A DNA stretch of 64,000 nt, taken from positions 86,552,001 through 86,616,000 of the forward strand of contig CM060731.1 in the NCBI GenBank assembly GCA_030704615.1, given 5' to 3'. Positions 61,715-64,000 of the stretch are shown here, piece by piece (positions within the stretch are counted from its first letter, which is position 1; every line of letters starts with the position of its first letter). A model generated the notes under the pieces. It made no database searches, was not told the origin of the DNA, and worked only from the letters and a program-made list of their open reading frames with translations. The position numbers and the translations under genes are program-made. Source of the DNA: Takakia lepidozioides. Its lineage: Eukaryota; Plantae; Bryophyta.

Positions 61715-63200
61715 AATCAGAAGCCCGAAATGACTCTGGGGAAGTTGCAGATGCTGGCCACGAGCGAGGTCAGCCTGAAGGAGAAGTGCTTATGGTTGAA
61801 GCTATGGAATTCTGACTCTACAACCCGGAAAAATGCTAAGTTTCCCCATGCTCCCACAGATGTGGTGTTCGGCTTGTGGTGTGACACAATGACAAGGTGG
61901 TTCTAGGTGAGAACCATCCAATACTCCTGGTGACTTCATGTTTGAATTATTGTTGCAATCTATCATCTCTAACAATTGACGTGGACTCGCAGCAAAAAGA
62001 GGAAGCAGAGCGGCAGTTGGCCATGCTGGTTCAGAATGGGTTCCAACCGCGGAAGAGGCACCCACGCTGAAGAGTCTTTCTGTCTGGGTGGACAGTTTCC
62101 GCATCAAGTACTGGAAGGATTTGTTCTGGTATGAGATGAAGGATGGGCCTGCCCAAAGTTGGCTGATTACCGAGCAGCCAGGTGGATCTTTACCAGCTCG
62201 CAGGCTGGTATACAGGTACATTATTATCATTGCAATTCCTTGGCTGGCTTCGCATATGTCACACAGCAAATGGCGCATAGGCACTAGCGGGCGAACTAAC
62301 ATGTGTAGCAAATGCACGTTATAGTCGGCAGACATTCCAATAGTCGGCAATCTTGTTCTTTAGACAAGTGGTCGGCGCCGACTACTGCCGTCTGGAAGGT
62401 GCCGATAGACATGGTAGTCATAGTTGGCAACGACTATAGGGTGCACGTTATAGTCGGCATACATTCCAGTAGTCGGCAGTCTTGTTCATTAGTCAAATGG
62501 TCGGCGCCGACTACAGGACTCGGACATGGTAGTCATAGTCGGCAACGACTATAGGGTGGGGCTGGGGTAGCCATGCGGTATAGTCGACAACGACTTTCGG
62601 AAAGGGCCCCGGACAGAGCCCGGCTAACCCACAGTTGGGAGTCGTAGTCGCCACCGACTATGACACAAACTTTGGCCTATTGGGTGTCATAGTCGCTGCC
62701 GACTATTCCATCTGGGAAGGGAGTACGGCCCAGACATTTGATAGTTTTCTCCATGTCATGGTAATCAGGGCCAATGTCCGTCCTCACGTCAAGTTTTGGT
62801 GCACTGGAACAGGTACATAAACTTTATTTGCTCGCCAGCAAACATATCAGGTGTATGCCAGCCAGTGACACACAGTGGGCCAGCCTCCGTTCAGACTGCA
62901 CAATGTACAACGGGAGGCGGTTAGGCGAGTATGTGAAATTCACGCATATGCCCTGCTACTGGTGGCTGGACTTGCCACCCGATGTCATTCCTGACAAAGA
63001 AGTGGATTTGTACAAGAAATACACCAAGAACGAGCTGCCCGCACCCACACACATGGAGCCATTGACGTAGGAAGGTGCCGAGGAGGCTGCAGTCGTCGCT
63101 GCCGTACACCTTAAGCAAGCCAATACAGCCCTGGAAGCAGCGGTGGCCAAGAAGAAACCCAGGAAAAAAAAACATAAACATAAACAGAAGAAGACAGCCA
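61715..63200 (+). pseudogene. Cargo gene copy C (middle exons only), divergent paralogue of copy B
   Basis: KPEMTLGKLQMLATSEV aligns with HPEMQQEKLHRLAISMV. CYWWLDLPP..MEPLT aligns with CGWYLDFPP..LAPLT, followed by a Lys-rich tract. Intron 62216-62812 splits AG|G-TAC, as does intron 15880-14858. Confidence 0.65.
62320..62706. repeat. Intronic array of (A)TAGTCG-N4-CGACTA(T) palindromes and half-sites
   Basis: Cores at 62373, 62425, 62502, 62540, 62585, 62649, 62694. Half-sites at about 62321, 62341, 62451, 62470. ~129-bp tandem duplication. Confidence 0.88.
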
Positions 63201-63420
63201 CCACAGGGCAGGAAACCCCCCCCCCCCCCCCCCGGTACAAGGCCTGTAGGCAACATAGGTGTGGAGGGTGTGGATGAGACAGATGGTGCTCACAGGGAAG
63301 ACAACCCACTGGCGTTTACTGAAGCCCTACAAACCTCCAGTTTGAGCGAAGGAATCGATCTGCTCGAAACCCATGGGCAAACACAAGTGACGGGAGGGGC
63401 ATGCAGCTGACAACCGTCCA

Positions 63421-63716
63421 ATGGACCGTGGTGAGTCCCAAGACTCCCCACGACTCCCACCACAAGGCCTCAGCCTCATGGTGAGTCCTATGCCACCCCC
63501 ACTATGACTCCTTATGCTACCACCACCCCTCGTGGAGCCCAGACCACCGCCACCCGGTTTGCGGGGCTCCACCTAGTGAGCGTCACCGCCTCCTTGAGTG
63601 CCTTCGGCACTCAAGGGTGCTTCAGCCCCCTTTCTGATTTGCTGCCGCTGCCCCCACCACAGGGGCAGCCCCTCTTGTGTCCCAACCCCCCGCCCTCAAG
63701 GCAAATGGCCGCGACA
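63421..63716 (-). repeat. Partial, diverged LTR of the chromovirus family
   Basis: Matches about 55084-55380 and ends in GGCCGCGACA. Confidence 0.88.
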
Positions 63717-64000
63717 AGTTGGCGGATCTCTGGTTAGTTGGAATCCTTATAGTCTGTGCCGACTACAAAATGGATGACCTTTTGGATGAACATAATAACT
63801 TTACCTGTGTGCTCACATGAGCTCATGGTTCAACTCACACTTATTGGCAATCCGTTTAATATGACTTCATTCAGTTTCAGTATACAGTGTCTTGCATTTT
63901 TATTGAGAATTCGGAAAACAATCCAGTCAGTTGACTCTGGAAGCACATGTCCATAGTTAACACCTGTGGACTCCCTATCCATCTCATTTCATTCAATTCT

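Overview
This is eukaryotic plant DNA, most likely from a non-seed plant such as a bryophyte (inference from spliceosomal introns, PLS-PPR and OSB fragments, and the TE lineages present). Two host genes look intact: a 5-exon XTH (28076-31577) and a Dof transcription factor (58501-59646). The rest is mostly transposon debris. It includes a full Ty3/gypsy chromovirus (48331-55380, TSD TTGGA) inserted in a LINE, two Ogre/Tat-like gag remnants, a split CACTA element, a MITE, PPR/OSB pseudogene fragments and a rearranged segmental duplication. The main candidate novel system is a Mutator-like (GCM-DDE-SWIM) DNA transposon family. It carries a divergently transcribed, multi-exon cargo gene with a ParB/Srx-like DGNHRL motif and, in copy B, a C-terminal beta-class DNA-methyltransferase-like segment. 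Three diverged copies of the cargo gene are present (A about 2.2-12.3 kb, B 13.7-18.4 kb, C 61.7-63.2 kb). Each has an intronic array of its own palindromic site, and all sites share a CG-N4-CG core. All copies here are pseudogenised. Domain calls come from motif recognition by eye, not from database searches.
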